This document shows positions 13,014 through 26,449 of a stretch of DNA of 64,000 nt, in pieces. The position numbers and the translations under genes were made by a program. The stretch lies in assembly GCA_051294905.1 (NCBI GenBank), contig CM119371.1:16742001-16806000 (forward strand). The letters are read 5' to 3'. Source of the stretch: Botryllus schlosseri. Lineage: Eukaryota. Within the stretch, counting starts at the first letter, position 1. Every line of letters starts with the position of its first letter. The notes below the pieces were generated by a model, which saw nothing but the letters and a program-made list of their open reading frames with translations, had not been told where the DNA came from and searched no databases.

Positions 13014-13444
13014 TAGGGTAGCATTTAAAACAAATGGTTGTTTAAAACACTCTGTTTGAAACATGTATTAAACAGTGTTTTAAACAAAGGCATTCAAAAA
13101 ACCTAAATTGTGTTTTTCAAGTTGTAAAATTATGACATAACTGTGTAAAGACTTTCCAAAAAACATTTTGTATCAGCCTACGGACAATTACCACCCGATT
13201 TAGCCGAAGTACATCGATATGGGATGGTTGGAACCCTCAAAATAATATGTTCAGCAGTTATAGTACAGATATTTCGTTAAAGGAACTATATTTACCCTTT
13301 ATATTTTCAATTGTCAATGTCAGTCCACTATGACGTCCCAAATGAATATTCCTGACGTAATGGCTTAAAAAAACATGTTTTAAGCAAGGGCCTTGTTTCA
13401 TACATGTTTGCTTTAAATTGCTTTTGGTTTTAAATGCAACCCTA
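13014..13444. mobile_element. hAT-type MITE 'D' inside A
   Basis: TIR TAGGGT(A/T)GCATTTAAAAC, TSD ATTTATAG. Confidence 0.88.
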
Positions 13445-16060
13445 ATTTATAGTAATTTTAGGCATTTAGGTCTCAGTCAATATGGTGCCACGACATACCA
13501 AAAGACATATGCAGTTTCGACCAACACGCGACTTAACGAAATGTGCTACTAAATAAAGAACTAGGCCGAAACTTAGGGTATGTAACCATTGTCAATAGCC
13601 GCGCTGGGTGGGCGTGACTAATAGTCCGATCCTTCCAATCTGAGCCCACTATGCAGATGCCACCCGGGCACGCATGGAGCATCAAAGACATGACAATTTG
13701 TGTGTGCGTCTCACAAAAGGTTTTCTTTCAGTCTGCTACGTTGGGCATACAACGTACTCTTTTGATTGTTTAACAGACCGGAGGTCACGAATGAACAACC
13801 GATTGGCACCGGCTGCCATTTTCGAAAAATTTTACTTCATTTTTCAAAATCGAAAAATTGTTGTTTCCTGGGATCCGAACACTGTAAACAAGGTGTCGCT
13901 CGATTCAAAATTACAACGCGCAACTGATTGCGCCATCCAAATCGCTACCGAGAACGTGTCTGATTACTTATATGAAGAGCAAGCCGAAAAAACGTTAGTT
14001 GGGAACAGACATGCTAAATTACGTACTTTATGAACCTTTAGTATAGGTATTCGACGACGATACAGTCTGGTGTATTGTATAGGCTCAGAATTCATCGTTC
14101 TAGTGAGCCCTGAGTAGACGGTCTACGTCTAGCAGGCGCTAATTTCTAATCAAAACAATGCCGACCGTTTTAGTCAGCTCGCGGCAGACCGCCGAGAGAG
14201 TGAGTCATGGCGCGAGATGCGCGCGCGTATGGTAACTTCTAAGGCTTAAAACTCAAACTGTTGTGACCCTATATTAGTCATTTTAGTGTTCGTAGACGGA
14301 TATTTACAGTCCTTACCATAATGATTTGCTGCTAATGCTTATCATTACTACAACGTAAGATATATATCGATGTACGACAGCTCTTTGTATACCCTGACGC
14401 ACGCTTTAGCGTAGGTATAATCGCTGAGTAATATTGTATGTATTCCGAATTATACTTTACCATTAGCCGTTATTTAGAATCATATAGGCGACAACAATTC
14501 ACAGACACAATCTATGAATGTTTATGGCTATTAGAACACGATTTATTTCACGTTATGTGACGGGTATTCAGCCATGTGCTTGAAGCTGGTACGGTAGTCT
14601 GACGGAATTCGCTTCCCGGTTTTCAAATGAAACCTTGAGCGGTATAGAGCTAACTAGTATAGTTGCTTTAGCAAAATATAAACAGAAACTGACAATCGCT
14701 ATTCATAGCAACAAACTACAGCTGGCTATGACGAATAAAACCAACTAAACGACAGTGTATATGGCGGGTATGAGGAACGTGCGTGTCTGCGAAATGATGC
14801 TTCGGCGGATATTTTTGTCACGCGGCCTATCACATAGCTTTTGATCAGCTTAGATGTAACTAATATAAGATATGAAGATACGTGTGGACTTGTATGGACA
14901 CTAGCTATTCACATATTGAAACAACTATGCCCGAAGACGGCTAGAACGAAACATACAGAACGTTATCTGAGAGTGGTCAATGACGCGCGAATTGCCGACA
15001 CAGTGTATTTTGCAACATATTCATCTACGGTGTTTGATATATGATTTTGACGTCTTCGATATAATAAATATCAAATAACAAGGTATCAGTGAACTTGTAC
15101 GAACAATATCTATTCACAGAAATGAACAGCAACGACCTAGCACGATTAATATGTAATATATCGTGGTTTCAATTACGGTACTCTTCTCTCGTACCGGCAT
15201 GTCGAAAAATAGACACGTCGGTGCGAAACCGTTAGTAATTATAACAAGATACCAGACATTATAATTATGAATTGAGTGCCCCCAGCTCTACAGGTAATTC
15301 TCACCATCGGGCAGTGTTGGGATCAGACATGGGGTAATCGCGATTAGTAATCGTAATCGATTACGACGATTACAGCATTTTCAAGTAATCGTAATCGCAA
15401 TCGATTACATTCGAAAAAAATCCGAAGTAATCGTAATCGTAATCGACTACTTCGCATATCTAATCGATTTCTTAGTGAAAGAACGATTACTTTTTATTTG
15501 TACAAGGACTATGACATAAACTGAACATTCGTGAACAAGGAAGATATATTATACCAGGTTCGCGATAGCACGCACGTCTGATTTCCAAATGCTATTGCTC
15601 ATTATTACGTCAGAAGTAGCCTATTACCTTTGCTCGTCATTGCGTAAGAAGTATCCACAATAAATATATATTCGATGTACGTAGCCTACATTAGTGTCAT
15701 TGTAAGAACACCCGCCGTGCTGTATATCAGGTTATCAACGCGTTCCATACGCCGCTACCTCGCAGCAGGATAATTAATCTCCATTCTGCGTAGTTTAAAA
15801 TAGTAATTTATGTATTGATGTTTGGCTATGCTTAGTTAAACGCAGTTTGACAAGGATTTGAAATTTTGTACTCGCCAGATAAAACATTACGGTTTCCACA
15901 AGGAAGCTGTAAAATCAGCAGCTAATGATATATATCATAACCCAGCCGTCTTTGCCGTTTCTTGGAGCGGCAGCTTGCAGTACATTGTCTTATGAGGTTG
16001 AAGGCAGAATTTTATGTTCGCTTCATCGGGCCCCGCCTTCATCTTATTCTCATATGACTC

Positions 16061-16429
16061 AATGGGGAAGCGAGTGGCGCAGTTGGTCAAGCGCCGGCGT
16101 CACGACACCAATGGCAGTGGTTCGAATTCCGGTTCGAACCAACTTCTATGTGTCGGAGGTTTATCTGGGCTCCTCATCGCTAACCTCACTGCCTTAGCAG
16201 TGTCTCAAAAAGCCCAGTACGATGGTGAGCCGCGCCAGTCGGCAGTAACGTACAAGTCCGGATGCATAAAAGAGAGAGAGACTGAAGTAGGAAGCGCGCG
16301 AGTGTGTAAGTCGTCCGCAAAGATTGCGAAAAGCAAAGATCCTGAACATTACTAATATCATTGTCGTGGTGTACATGACCTTAATAGGCGATAAACACCA
16401 CTGTTGTATGTGTTAAATAAACAAACAAA
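16061..16429 (+). mobile_element. tRNA-derived SINE inside B
   Basis: A box TGGCGCAGTTGG, B box GGTTCGAATTCC, (AAAC)n tail, TSD CATATGACTC. The empty site is visible in copy A at about 22020. Confidence 0.85.
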
Positions 16430-17113
16430 CATATGACTCTACTTGAAACGGGCGCCAATCGTTATTTCACAATTCTTTACTCAACATTGGGACCTACCGC
16501 CATGGCCATGGGCTTCTATACCATGTTAGCGTGGGTTGTAGCTAGAATCTGGACCTAAACAGCAATTCGTCCCCCAGTCCAAACGTTGGTGATTGGTCCC
16601 ATAAGTGTGTTATTTTCAAGTTGAAGACTGAATTTCGTCAATATTATTAGTAATTGCATTATATTACTATTAATTTTTAATCCTCTCTCAGCCCCGATGG
16701 TCAGATTTACCTGTGGAGCTCGGAGCACGTAATTCATATTTATAACGTCCGGTATCTAGTTATAATTACTTTAGTTTATATTGTTAATTCGTGACCAGTG
16801 GTCTGTTATATAATCAAAAGATATTGAAGTGGCGCAAGAACTTTGGTGACACGCACACACAAATTGTCATGTCTTCAAAACTCCGTGGGTGCCCCGGGTG
16901 GCATTTGCATTATGAGCTCGGATTGGAAGGACCGGACTATTGGTCACGTCCACCCAGCGTGGCTATTGACAATGGACACATACCCAAAGTTTCGACCAAG
17001 GTCCTTCTTTAGTAGCACACTTCGTGAAGTCGCATGTTGGTCGAAACGGGGTATATCTTTTGGTGTGTCGTGACACGGTATTGACTGGCACCTAAATGCC
17101 TATTACTATAAAT

Positions 17114-17531
17114 TAGGGTTGCATTTAAAACAAAAAGCAATTTAAAACGGACATGTTTAAAACAAGACCTTGTTTAAAAACTTTTTTTTTAAAAACCACG
17201 ACGTCACGAATATAAGATTGTGACGTCCTAGTGGATTGAGAGTAACAATTGAAAATATAGGGTAAATACAGCTCATTTGACGAAATATCTGGACCATAAC
17301 TGTTGAACAGACTATTTTGAGGGTACCAACCATCCCACATCGATGTACGTCAGCCAAATCGGGTGGTAATTGTTCGTAGGCTCATACAAAATGTTTTTTG
17401 GAAAGTGTTTACACAATTATGGCATAATGTTACAACGTTAAAAACACAATTTAGTTTGTTCCTAAAACACCGTTTCAAACATGCTTTAAACAAAGTGTTT
17501 TAAACAACCATTAGTTTTAAATGCAACCTTA
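17114..17531. mobile_element. MITE 'D' copy inside B, at the same site as in A
   Basis: TIR TAGGGTTGCATTTAAAAC. TSD CTATAAAT is the reverse complement of ATTTATAG in A. Confidence 0.88.
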
Positions 17532-17602
17532 CTATAAATTATGTATGCTTCTTTTTAGGAGGAGACGTATGCATTTCAAAACCAAGCTATCCAGAGAGAA
17601 TT

Positions 17603-19944
17603 CTCCGTAACATCTCCGTAAACAACTTTGACGAAAAATTTGTAGAGTTTATGTCTGCTATCAAATCACTGCTGGAACAATTTGCACCTCTACAGCGCCT
17701 TTCGAGAAGTCAAAGAAAATTGAAGCGAAATCCGTGGATGACCACAAAGCTGATTCAACTTATCCGTAAACGTAACCGGTGGCATAACCGAATAGACACC
17801 AAGAACTGCCCAGAACATGAACGAGAAAGATTTCGACGTTTCAGGAATCGCACCGTGCATCTCATTTCCAAGGCAAAAGCAAAGTACAATGAGAGATTTT
17901 TCAACAGACACATAAAGGACACTCGAAAAACATGGTCAGGACTTAACTCTCTCCTACATCGAAAACAAGGCCATAAGTCTGTTTCGGAAATTGTGAATTC
18001 GGATACCGGAAACAAACTTTCAGACCCGGCGGCCATCGCGAATCACTTCAATGAATATTTTTGTAACGTAGGCCCAAATATTGCTTCTTCTATTACAAAA
18101 CCTGTGTCGGCCAGGTCAGAGGTGAGATCGATATCCCAGTCAATTGTGCTTGAACCTACGACCAAATACGAAGTAGAAGTAGCCATCCACAAACTGAAAT
18201 CGCACAAGGCCGACGGCTATGACCAAATCCCATCATGGTTTTTAAAAATGATAAGCCTGCATATCGGTCAATATATGGCCCATTTTTTCAACTTCATGAT
18301 AGAAAATGGAGTCTACCCAAGCTATCTAAAAAAAGCCAGAGTAGTCCCTGTACACAAAGCTGGGGATAGAACTAATGTCACCAACTACCGTCCGATATCC
18401 GTTCTCCCATGCATCGGGATTGTATTCGAAAAGTTGCTCCTCTCCCGCCTGTCCTCATTCCTCGCCAAAATGTCTGTCATTTCCCCTCAACAATTTGGCT
18501 TCCGAAACAAACACCAAACCGCTCATGCCCTCCTAACAGTGGCCGAACAGTACTATGATATCTCAGAGAAGCGAAATGTGGGATGTAGCATTTTTCTCGA
18601 CCTAAAAAAAGCGTTTGACTGCGTAGATCATAAAATTCTCATCTCGAAATTGGCGCGTTACGGACTTCGGGGCCCACAACTTGAGCTCATGAAAAGTTAC
18701 CTCACTGGACGCCAACAAATGGTTGCGATCTCAGACACCTTGTCCTCTCCTCACCCGGTGACCTGTGGTGTGCCCCAGGGCTCAGTACTTGGACCGGTCC
18801 TTTTCACCTTATATGTCAACGACATTTTTGAAACCTCCTCACTGAACACCACACTGTTCGCTGATGATACTCACCTCCTCTCTTCCGCATCTTCGACGGC
18901 AGAGCTGGATGCCCTGACTGGTGACCAAATGCCCAAAGTCCATGAGTGGACGGCCCAGAACAACCTTTGCATAAACGCCTCGAAATCGCAATTGCTGACA
19001 GTAAATTCAAAAAATAACCTAACCGTTAATATCGCTGGTCAGCCCGTTTCCAACACAGATAATGCCAAATATCTCGGAGTTTTACTGGACTCGAACATGT
19101 CCTGGAAGAGTCATATTCAGTCCCTAGAAACTAAATTATCACCGAAGTGCGGCCTGTTCTACAGCCTTGGGCGCTTCATGCCAGCATGGGTTCTTCTGAT
19201 ACTCTTTAAATCCTTAATCCAATCGAAGTTACATTATGGCATCCTCTGTTGGGGGGCTGCCAGTAAAACTGCACTCAAGCCACTGCAGAAACTACAGCAT
19301 AAAGTACTCCGAATCATAGCTAGGGCTCCAAAAGGGCCTGGCTGCCCATCCAATAAGTCGCTGCTGAAGAGATTTGGCGTCCTAAACATAGAAGATATGC
19401 GGAAACTAGAAATCGCAAAGTTTATGTATCAGTTTCACTGCGGTCGTTGCCCCGAATATTTCAATGACTTCTTTACCTCTGAATCAAAAGCGCACAAGTA
19501 CAACACACGCGCGTCCACGTCGTCCAAATATCATGTGATCGACCGAAAAGATCATCGCTCCATCAAATATGCCGGACCTGATGTGTGGAACAGTATCCCG
19601 CCGGCCATCAGACAGTCGACGAGCATGTCCACATTCAAGTCGAAATACAAACAATTACTACTAAATAAATACAGTCCATCCTCAAGATTACCGGACCACG
19701 ACTGACCTATCGATCTCGCTTCCCATGACATGCCGCCCTATTTCTTGTCGCATTCTTTTTCTATACTATCTTCTTTACTTTCATTCAGTGTGCATGCCTC
19801 CTCTTTACATCGCCTAGGCCAAGGTGGGTGTCAGATTCCATAGACTACTCCTTGTCGCTTCGACATCTTCCTGTCTTTTCATTGTATCGCATTTTTTGTG
19901 GTGTATTGAACTGATAAAATTGCTAATAAACCAATGATGATGAT
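17603..19944 (+). mobile_element. 5'-truncated non-LTR retrotransposon (CR1/L2-group LINE) inside B
   Basis: Contains the RT ORF and a 3' UTR ending AATAAACCA(ATG)n. Apparent 5-bp TSD GAATT. The flanks rejoin to match A at about 12935-12950. Confidence 0.88.
17651..19705 (+). CDS. LINE ORF2 reverse transcriptase, endonuclease domain missing
   Basis: Motifs NYRPISVL, QFGFR, FLDLKKAFDCVDH, GVPQGSVLGP, FADDT and KYLGV; 684 aa uninterrupted. Confidence 0.95.
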   Translation: MSAIKSLLEQFAPLQRLSRSQRKLKRNPWMTTKLIQLIRKRNRWHNRIDTKNCPEHERERFRRFRNRTVHLISKAKAKYNERFFNRHIKDTRKTWSGLNSLLHRKQGHKSVSEIVNSDTGNKLSDPAAIANHFNEYFCNVGPNIASSITKPVSARSEVRSISQSIVLEPTTKYEVEVAIHKLKSHKADGYDQIPSWFLKMISLHIGQYMAHFFNFMIENGVYPSYLKKARVVPVHKAGDRTNVTNYRPISVLPCIGIVFEKLLLSRLSSFLAKMSVISPQQFGFRNKHQTAHALLTVAEQYYDISEKRNVGCSIFLDLKKAFDCVDHKILISKLARYGLRGPQLELMKSYLTGRQQMVAISDTLSSPHPVTCGVPQGSVLGPVLFTLYVNDIFETSSLNTTLFADDTHLLSSASSTAELDALTGDQMPKVHEWTAQNNLCINASKSQLLTVNSKNNLTVNIAGQPVSNTDNAKYLGVLLDSNMSWKSHIQSLETKLSPKCGLFYSLGRFMPAWVLLILFKSLIQSKLHYGILCWGAASKTALKPLQKLQHKVLRIIARAPKGPGCPSNKSLLKRFGVLNIEDMRKLEIAKFMYQFHCGRCPEYFNDFFTSESKAHKYNTRASTSSKYHVIDRKDHRSIKYAGPDVWNSIPPAIRQSTSMSTFKSKYKQLLLNKYSPSSRLPDHD

Positions 19945-20985
19945 GAATTTTCAAGTTAATTAAATCTCTCGAAAAGACTGTGTAATTTATGTTGGTCCCC
20001 TTAGTTCGATCTCACTCCCCACCCTATTGGGAAATTTGAGGGGGCGGCGGTTATGGACCTGGCAAGAATGCAAATCGTTGAGTGCGATAAATCGAACCTC
20101 TATAAAAATGTGCAATCGGTACATCATGACGTAACAAGCCAATGAAGCATATTTTTTAAAGGATTGTTAGCTCATTAGGCCTTTTCAGCGCAATCCATAT
20201 ATTGTCTTCCGATATAACTTCTAAGATGCAAAATAAATGAAATCGTGAGTAATCGTGATTACTTTTCCAATGTAATCGTAATCGGCTACTTCCTGATTTT
20301 GCTGTAATCGTAATCGTAATCGTAATCGCGTCATTCAGAAGTAATCGTAATCGCAATCGATTACATTCATGAAGTAATCACCCCATGTCTGGTTGGGATG
20401 ACTCGAGTCATGACTTGACTCGAGTCAGACTCGAGTCAACTTTTTCGAATGACTTGACTTGACTCGAGTCACTTTGCAAAAATGACTTGACTTGACTTGA
20501 CTCGGCGCTTCAAAAATGTGGATTGACTCGTGACTCGGAGCAAAATTTACGAGTCAATTTCAAGTCATCAAGTAAACGGTGTCGACTAAATCAATGTATT
20601 CTGTGCATGTTCGGATTATTCACGATACGCCATTGTAACTTGTGAGAGCAACCAGTCATTCACTGATTGTACGTTTCGCTGATCCTGCATTGTTACATCA
20701 CATATACACTGACCGCATACGAAATGATCACAGCTTGCCTTGTCGTAATAGCAGATTAATTTATTAGCAACGTATCGCTGTTTATTGGACGGCTCTGTCC
20801 TTACATTGCACGGCGCTCACCTTTACCAACCCTCTTGTATGATTTAAATCTAACAAATATATTTTATGTATTTATATCCTCACCGATGTCTATAGATGGC
20901 TAGTGTATTGAACGATATAAATTTCTTTCATCTTCTCGAGGCTTTCGGATTCGACCCTCTATTTTTGCTGATAAGAGATGTCGCT

Positions 20986-21366
20986 CAGAGTTGTCAGACT
21001 CGACGGACGTCGCGGGTCGAAATCAAATACACAGATCGCTCGCGGGCCGCACCAGTCAAATGATTCGTAAATATTACTAACCCTAAACTCAGTATACGCA
21101 CTTTTTCGCATTCTCGGAATTGGGTGTTAATGTCAGCGATTTTCTCCTGACGATAACTACAATCACAACTCCGCTGTCGGGTTGTTATAATGTGACCTAT
21201 GAACATACTTGAAATTTGCTATCTTGAAGGAATATTTATTAGTAGTATTTCATACAGCAAATTCGGGAAATGTGTTGGATAAAATCACGCAATTTTCACC
21301 ATATACTCAGAATTTCTTCGCGGGCCGAATGAAATCATTTGACGGGTCGTACGTTTGACACCCCTG
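20986..21366. mobile_element. Old hAT (Charlie-like) MITE inside C
   Basis: Ends CAGAGTTGTCAGAC and GTTTGACACCCCTG, CGCGGGCCG subterminal motifs, degenerate TSD ATGTCGCT / ATATAGCT. Confidence 0.5.
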
Positions 21367-23782
21367 ATATAGCTATACAGTTACTTACGTATTTTATTAG
21401 CAGTTCTACGTGTGCGTGAGCGATACAACGCATTTTTGCATGTATAATTAACTGTATATTCGTTATTTGATTCAAGATAAATGACCAATTGATCTCATTA
21501 ACATAGCCAGTAAAATATAATGAATTTGAATGATCACTCATACTTCAAAAATTCAATTTGACTTGAATTGTGACTTGACTCGTGACTTGACTTGACTTGA
21601 CTTGACTTGACTTGACTCGAGTCACCTCCAAAAAACGAGTGACTTGACTTGACTCGAGTCACCTTTGAAAATCGATTGACTTGACTTGACTCGAGTCAAA
21701 ATGTGCAATGACTCGAGATGACTCGTGACTCGAAGGTAGTGACTTGATCCCAACACTGCCATCGGGTGCTGAGAGATGCTTAAAAATTAATAGTAGTATA
21801 ATGCAATTACCAGTATTATTGACGAAATTCAGTCTTCAACTTTAAAATACCACCCTATGGGGGCCAAAGACCAACGTTTGGACTGGGGGACGAATTGCTG
21901 TTTTGGTACTGATTCTAGCTACAACCTACGCTAACATGGTATATAAGCCCATGGCTATGGCGGCAGAGCCCAATATTGAGTACGAATTGTGAAATAACGA
22001 TTGGCGCCCGTTTCAGTAGAGTCATATGAGAATAAGATGCCGAGAACATAAAATTCTGTCTTCAACTTGTTGCAGATAATGGACTGCAAGCTGCCGTTAC
22101 GAGAAACGAAAAAACACAGCTCGGTTATGTATATCAGCAGCTGTTGATTTTTAATGCTTCGTTGTGGAAACCGTTATGTTTTATTTGACGAGTACAAAAT
22201 TTCAAATCCTTTTCCGGTGTACGTACGTACTACATAGGCCTACTGCTCGCCAAGCAGCAACGGTCAAACTACGTTTAGCTATGCATAACCAAACATCAAT
22301 ACGCAAGTTACTATTTTAAACTAGGCAGAGTGGTGATTAATTATCTTGCTGCGAGGTAGTGGTGTGTGGAACGTGTTGGTAACCTGATAAACATCACGGT
22401 GGGTGTTCTTACAATCACTCTAATGTACGTACAGTCGTACATCGAATATCTATTTACTGTCGATACTTCTTACGCAATGACGAGCAAAGCTAATAGGCTA
22501 CTTCTGACGTAATAATGAGCAGTGGCGTTTGAAAATCAGACGTTTGTGCTGTCACGAAATGTTCATTGTTCAGTTTATGTCATAGTCCTTGTACAAATAA
22601 AAAGTAATCGTTCTTTCACAGAGAAATCGATTAGATATGGGAAGTAGTCGATTACGATTACGATTACTTCGGAATTTTTTCGAATGTAATCGATTGCGAT
22701 TACGATTACTTGAAACTGCTGTAATCGTCGTAATCGATTACGATTACTAATCGCGATTACCCCATGTCTGATCAAAACGCGAAGTATTGTTGTTGACTGA
22801 TGATTATTTAGTAATTCTCATGACGCATAATATTTATCCGAATGACAGCATAAGATTGATTTACAAGTGGATTCTTGATAATGATCTCTAAAAAATAATA
22901 ATCCATCTTCTTCATATTTAACGTGGATTTTGCGCCGAACGCGGGGTGAACCGGATATAGCTAGTGTGCTGCTACCATTATAACCTAAAACATAGGCTGA
23001 ATCAGGGATACCGTAAGTGGGCGCCAGCGCTCTCCGAAACGTTAGTGACTGGTGCGGGTGCTGCGGTCGCTGAATTGCCTATACGTTTCTAGATATACAG
23101 CGGTCTTACTCCAGCTGCCTGCGCCGCAAAGTCCCATACGTTTTCCAATATAAATATACGAGATCTTGAAGTAGTGTCAGTATATTGCATAAAAGAAACA
23201 ATTACTATCCAGCGCAATCCAGTAATAAATCGAAACAAGATCGGTAAATACAGTGGGGAACGTCCGGTAGGCGGATTACTTTTGATAAACAGAGTACCCT
23301 ATGACAGCTGCATCAAAATGTTCCTTAGACATGACCAGGATATGTAGTCAAGAACGCGCACTCTGGCGTATACCAAATATAGCTCGTAAATTATTGAACT
23401 CCGTTAAAGAAACTGGAATTGCCCACAGTAACAGCCAGTGCAAGCTACAAATTGGGCATTTGGGGTAGGCCTACTGTGAACTATAAATACTGACGAGAAA
23501 ATATTTAAATTAATTTTTCAGACTGGTAATAATCAATAAATAAACAGATTTATCAGCAGGCGGGGTCTATTGACTAGCCTACTAGTCCTTAGCATACGCA
23601 ATTAAACGCCTGCAGAAAGATAATATTACCGTTTGAAACTATACGACTGCACTACACGAAAGTAACATTGCTTAGGATGGAAAATTGCCTTGCACAAATT
23701 TAGTCACTGATTTTTTGTGTCCTAACAGAGCGTGTATAGTACTGCTCAATGTGCACCGATTCAAGTAATAAGCACTGCGTAT

Positions 23783-24939
23783 CAGAGCCATAACAGCACT
23801 TCGTCAGCCCCCACCCAAACGTTGGTCTTGGGCCCCCCACATAATGATGATGAACTACGACCCCAAGACCCCTTCATTCTATCCGCTGTTTCCCGTTATA
23901 CTTGTCATCTAAATTGGTCGCATTTGACTGGGCCAGCTCATCCCGCCCAGACGCGCGAAATTTTTTTATAATTAATGATTGAATCGGCCAATATGATCGG
24001 GAATTGCATATACATTGCTGTTATTTTTTATCCTCGCACTGCTCACGTAATCAGATTTACAGGTGAGGTGTGTTTGGAAAGGTAGGACTCCTCAATAATA
24101 TAATTAAACACCTTCGGGCATATACCCGTTGGCAGGATCAAAACAACACTTCTTCAGGCCCCCCAAAAAAACTTGGGTCTTGGGCTACCATAGGGTGATA
24201 AACCATCCCCCAATCACGTTGTTCGCCTTTGCCACGAAATTTGCCGCACTGTGTACTGAGCCAGCGCCAAGCGCAAAATTTTTCGATAAATCATGATAAA
24301 ATCGGTCAAAAAGATAGGGAATTGCATATCTATTGCTATCAATTTCTTGTCCTCTCTGCTCACGCAATCATACCAGCAGAGTTGAATGAGGTGTCTTGGA
24401 AACTGTAGGGCTCTTTGATATGACTCTGTAACATGATGTTATTTAGTGACCTCCTGTCTGCTATATCAAAATATATAGAATCGCCCAAACGTATAGGCTA
24501 CTACAGTAAAAGACGCACATGATTTCAAATTGGTATTTCTTCACTGGCATATAATTTTTCCCTGCGGGATGGTATTTGTCTTGTGAGCTTCAGAGTGAGT
24601 TTTCTCGCTGCCGATCGTCCTGGCCCACTTCCTGGAGTCGCATGTTACATGGCCTAAAACTTTATATGTCTTGGTAAATCGTGTCGCGGTAATGGCCAAT
24701 GCCGACATGTCCATTTCTATAAATCTTGCGTATTTTTTCTTGAGGGAAGAGTACTCAAAATTCAAGACATTAGGCAACTTGAAATCGCGCGTAGCGCGAA
24801 AAACTTTTGAAAAAGTTGCATGAATTTTCAAATAATACTCTATAATTTATGCTAATTCACGAAATAATTTTGGGCCCTCTTCGAGCTCGCCCCCCCCCCC
24901 CCCATTTGGGGGTTTTGGGGTGCGGCAGTTACGGTCCTG
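23783..24939. mobile_element. Non-autonomous hAT-type element
   Basis: Imperfect TIR CAGAGCCATAACAGC / GCAGTTACGGTCCTG, exact 8-bp TSD CTGCGTAT. Confidence 0.75.
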
Positions 24940-25205
24940 CTGCGTATTTTAGTGTCGTGATCACGATAGTTGACAAAAGATTTGAAATTGCCTAATTTGA
25001 ACATGATTAGACTTAAACTCGATACTGATGGCATTGGGAAAGCATCATCCATCACACAACATTCGAATCTATTAAAACTCGAATCTTTTCGAGCTGACAC
25101 TCTTCAAGGGCAATCGTCAGCTGATGGAGAATTTCAAAAACATGCATCTATAGATAGCTATAGCTACACTCCATACAACCAATTATGACGTCATAGAAAC
25201 AAACA

Positions 25206-25386
25206 ACATGAAATACAGGCAAACCGCGAGAACAGCTAGTGGACAATTTTTAGATTGACTAAATATTCCTTCTGCTGACACAAGCGCGGTCGGTGGATTT
25301 TAATATAAGTCGATTCCAGTGCAGACGGATCAGCCAATCTAAAAATTTGCCACTAGCTGCGCTCGCGGTTTGCCTGTATTTCATGT
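25206..25386. repeat. Short foldback/MITE, about 50-bp inverted repeat
   Basis: ACATGAAATACAGGCAAACCGCGAG... and ...CTCGCGGTTTGCCTGTATTTCATGT. Confidence 0.75.
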
Positions 25387-25394
25387 ATATAGGT

Positions 25395-25581
25395 ATATTC
25401 GTCATTTGATTCAAGATAAATGGCCAATTAATTGTTCTTCCACGCAGCGAGCAAAATGCAATGCCTTTGAATCATCACTCATACTCCTAAAATTCAATTT
25501 GACTTGACTTAACTCGAGTCAAAATGTGAAATGACTCGAGATGACACATGACTCGAAGGTAGTGACTTGATCCCAACACTG
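25395..25581 (+). mobile_element. Solo right-end fragment of family C
   Basis: Matches 21457-21758 with an internal deletion and ends GACTTGATCCCAACACTG. No left end was found. Confidence 0.7.
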
Positions 25582-25982
25582 CTTTTTGATGACACAAATT
25601 TGGAACTTGAGTGGATTGGACTATATAGCGTTTTACATCGTTAATCGAGTATACAGATATGAATTCCAGGCGATGCCAAAACTGGCAAAAGAAACATCTT
25701 AACCATGCCAAAAATAAGCTATTAAAAATAAGCCTGTCGATATTGCATAACTAGATGCCTTTCGTAAACAATATCTAATTTCCACAATTCAGCATTGAAT
25801 GGAAAATAAGCCCTGACCACGGCCCAAATCGCTGTTGTGGTTCTCTCGATTCGTTAGAACAATCTGTGATAAGTATGACTATTTTGAAACGGAAGATTTT
25901 GATCCTAAAAAACTTCCCTTTGACAAAATTTATTTTGACTTAAATCTGGACCATTTATGAATCCCAGTAGTTGCTAGTTTGC

Positions 25983-26200
25983 TTTTCTAATCATTAATTT
26001 ACAATTCCTCTGTTACTTGAATCGCTACTGTTACTGTTACTGATGTATTTGACGCCAAGATTTAAGTTAGTAAAATTGTGGTACCAGTAAACAGAAGGCC
26101 CTTGTTTCGTTGGCTTTTACTAACTTAAATCTCATCGTCAATACAACAGTAACAGTAGCGATTTAAGTAACTAAGGAATTGGAAACTAATGATTAGAAAA
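25983..26200. repeat. Imperfect inverted repeat with arms of about 90 bp
   Basis: TTTTCTAATCATTA...GATTTAAGTTAGTAAAA versus TTTTACTAACTTAAATC...TAATGATTAGAAAA. Confidence 0.7.
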
Positions 26201-26449
26201 GTAATGATTACATGATGCACGATGGCTTGAATACAAAAGACAATACGAATCACCGCCCACTGCGTATCGACATTTGAAAGCGTGGTTCTATGTACCACTT
26301 TTGAGAATGAGAGCCCATTGTATACTGTAGACATGGTCTGAAGTTTTCTGAACAGAATGATTAGCTAAATATCCTTATGTTTCTGAGAGCTAAAACAATA
26401 CACGGTCACAGAATCGAAGAGTAGTTATATAGATCGCTCGTGACCTGGC

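Larger units (their letters stand above)
15324..20391 (-). mobile_element. Element 'B', a second copy of family A in inverted orientation, inserted in the left TIR of C
   Basis: TIR CAGACATGGGGT, 8-bp TSD GTTGGGAT (15316-15323 and 20392-20399). Internal sequence is the diverged reverse complement of A. Confidence 0.9.
15312..21758 (+). mobile_element. Non-autonomous hAT-type element 'C' with (GACTT/GACTC)n subterminal arrays, inside A
   Basis: TIR CAGTGTTGGGAT / ATCCCAACACTG, 8-bp TSD CCATCGGG (15304-15311 and 21759-21766). Confidence 0.9.
12478..22770 (+). mobile_element. Non-autonomous hAT-type element 'A' with (GATTAC)n subterminal arrays; outermost member of a nest
   Basis: TIR CAGACATGGGGT / ACCCCATGTCTG, 8-bp TSD ATCAAAAC (12470-12477 and 22771-22778). 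Confidence 0.9.

Noticed and set aside
13490..15220. Extra sequence in A relative to B, probably further insertions
   Set aside because: I could not define termini or a TSD with confidence.
16064..16140. Stand-alone tRNA gene
   Set aside because: It is the head of a SINE with a body, an (AAAC)n tail and a TSD, and it is absent from the homologous site in copy A.
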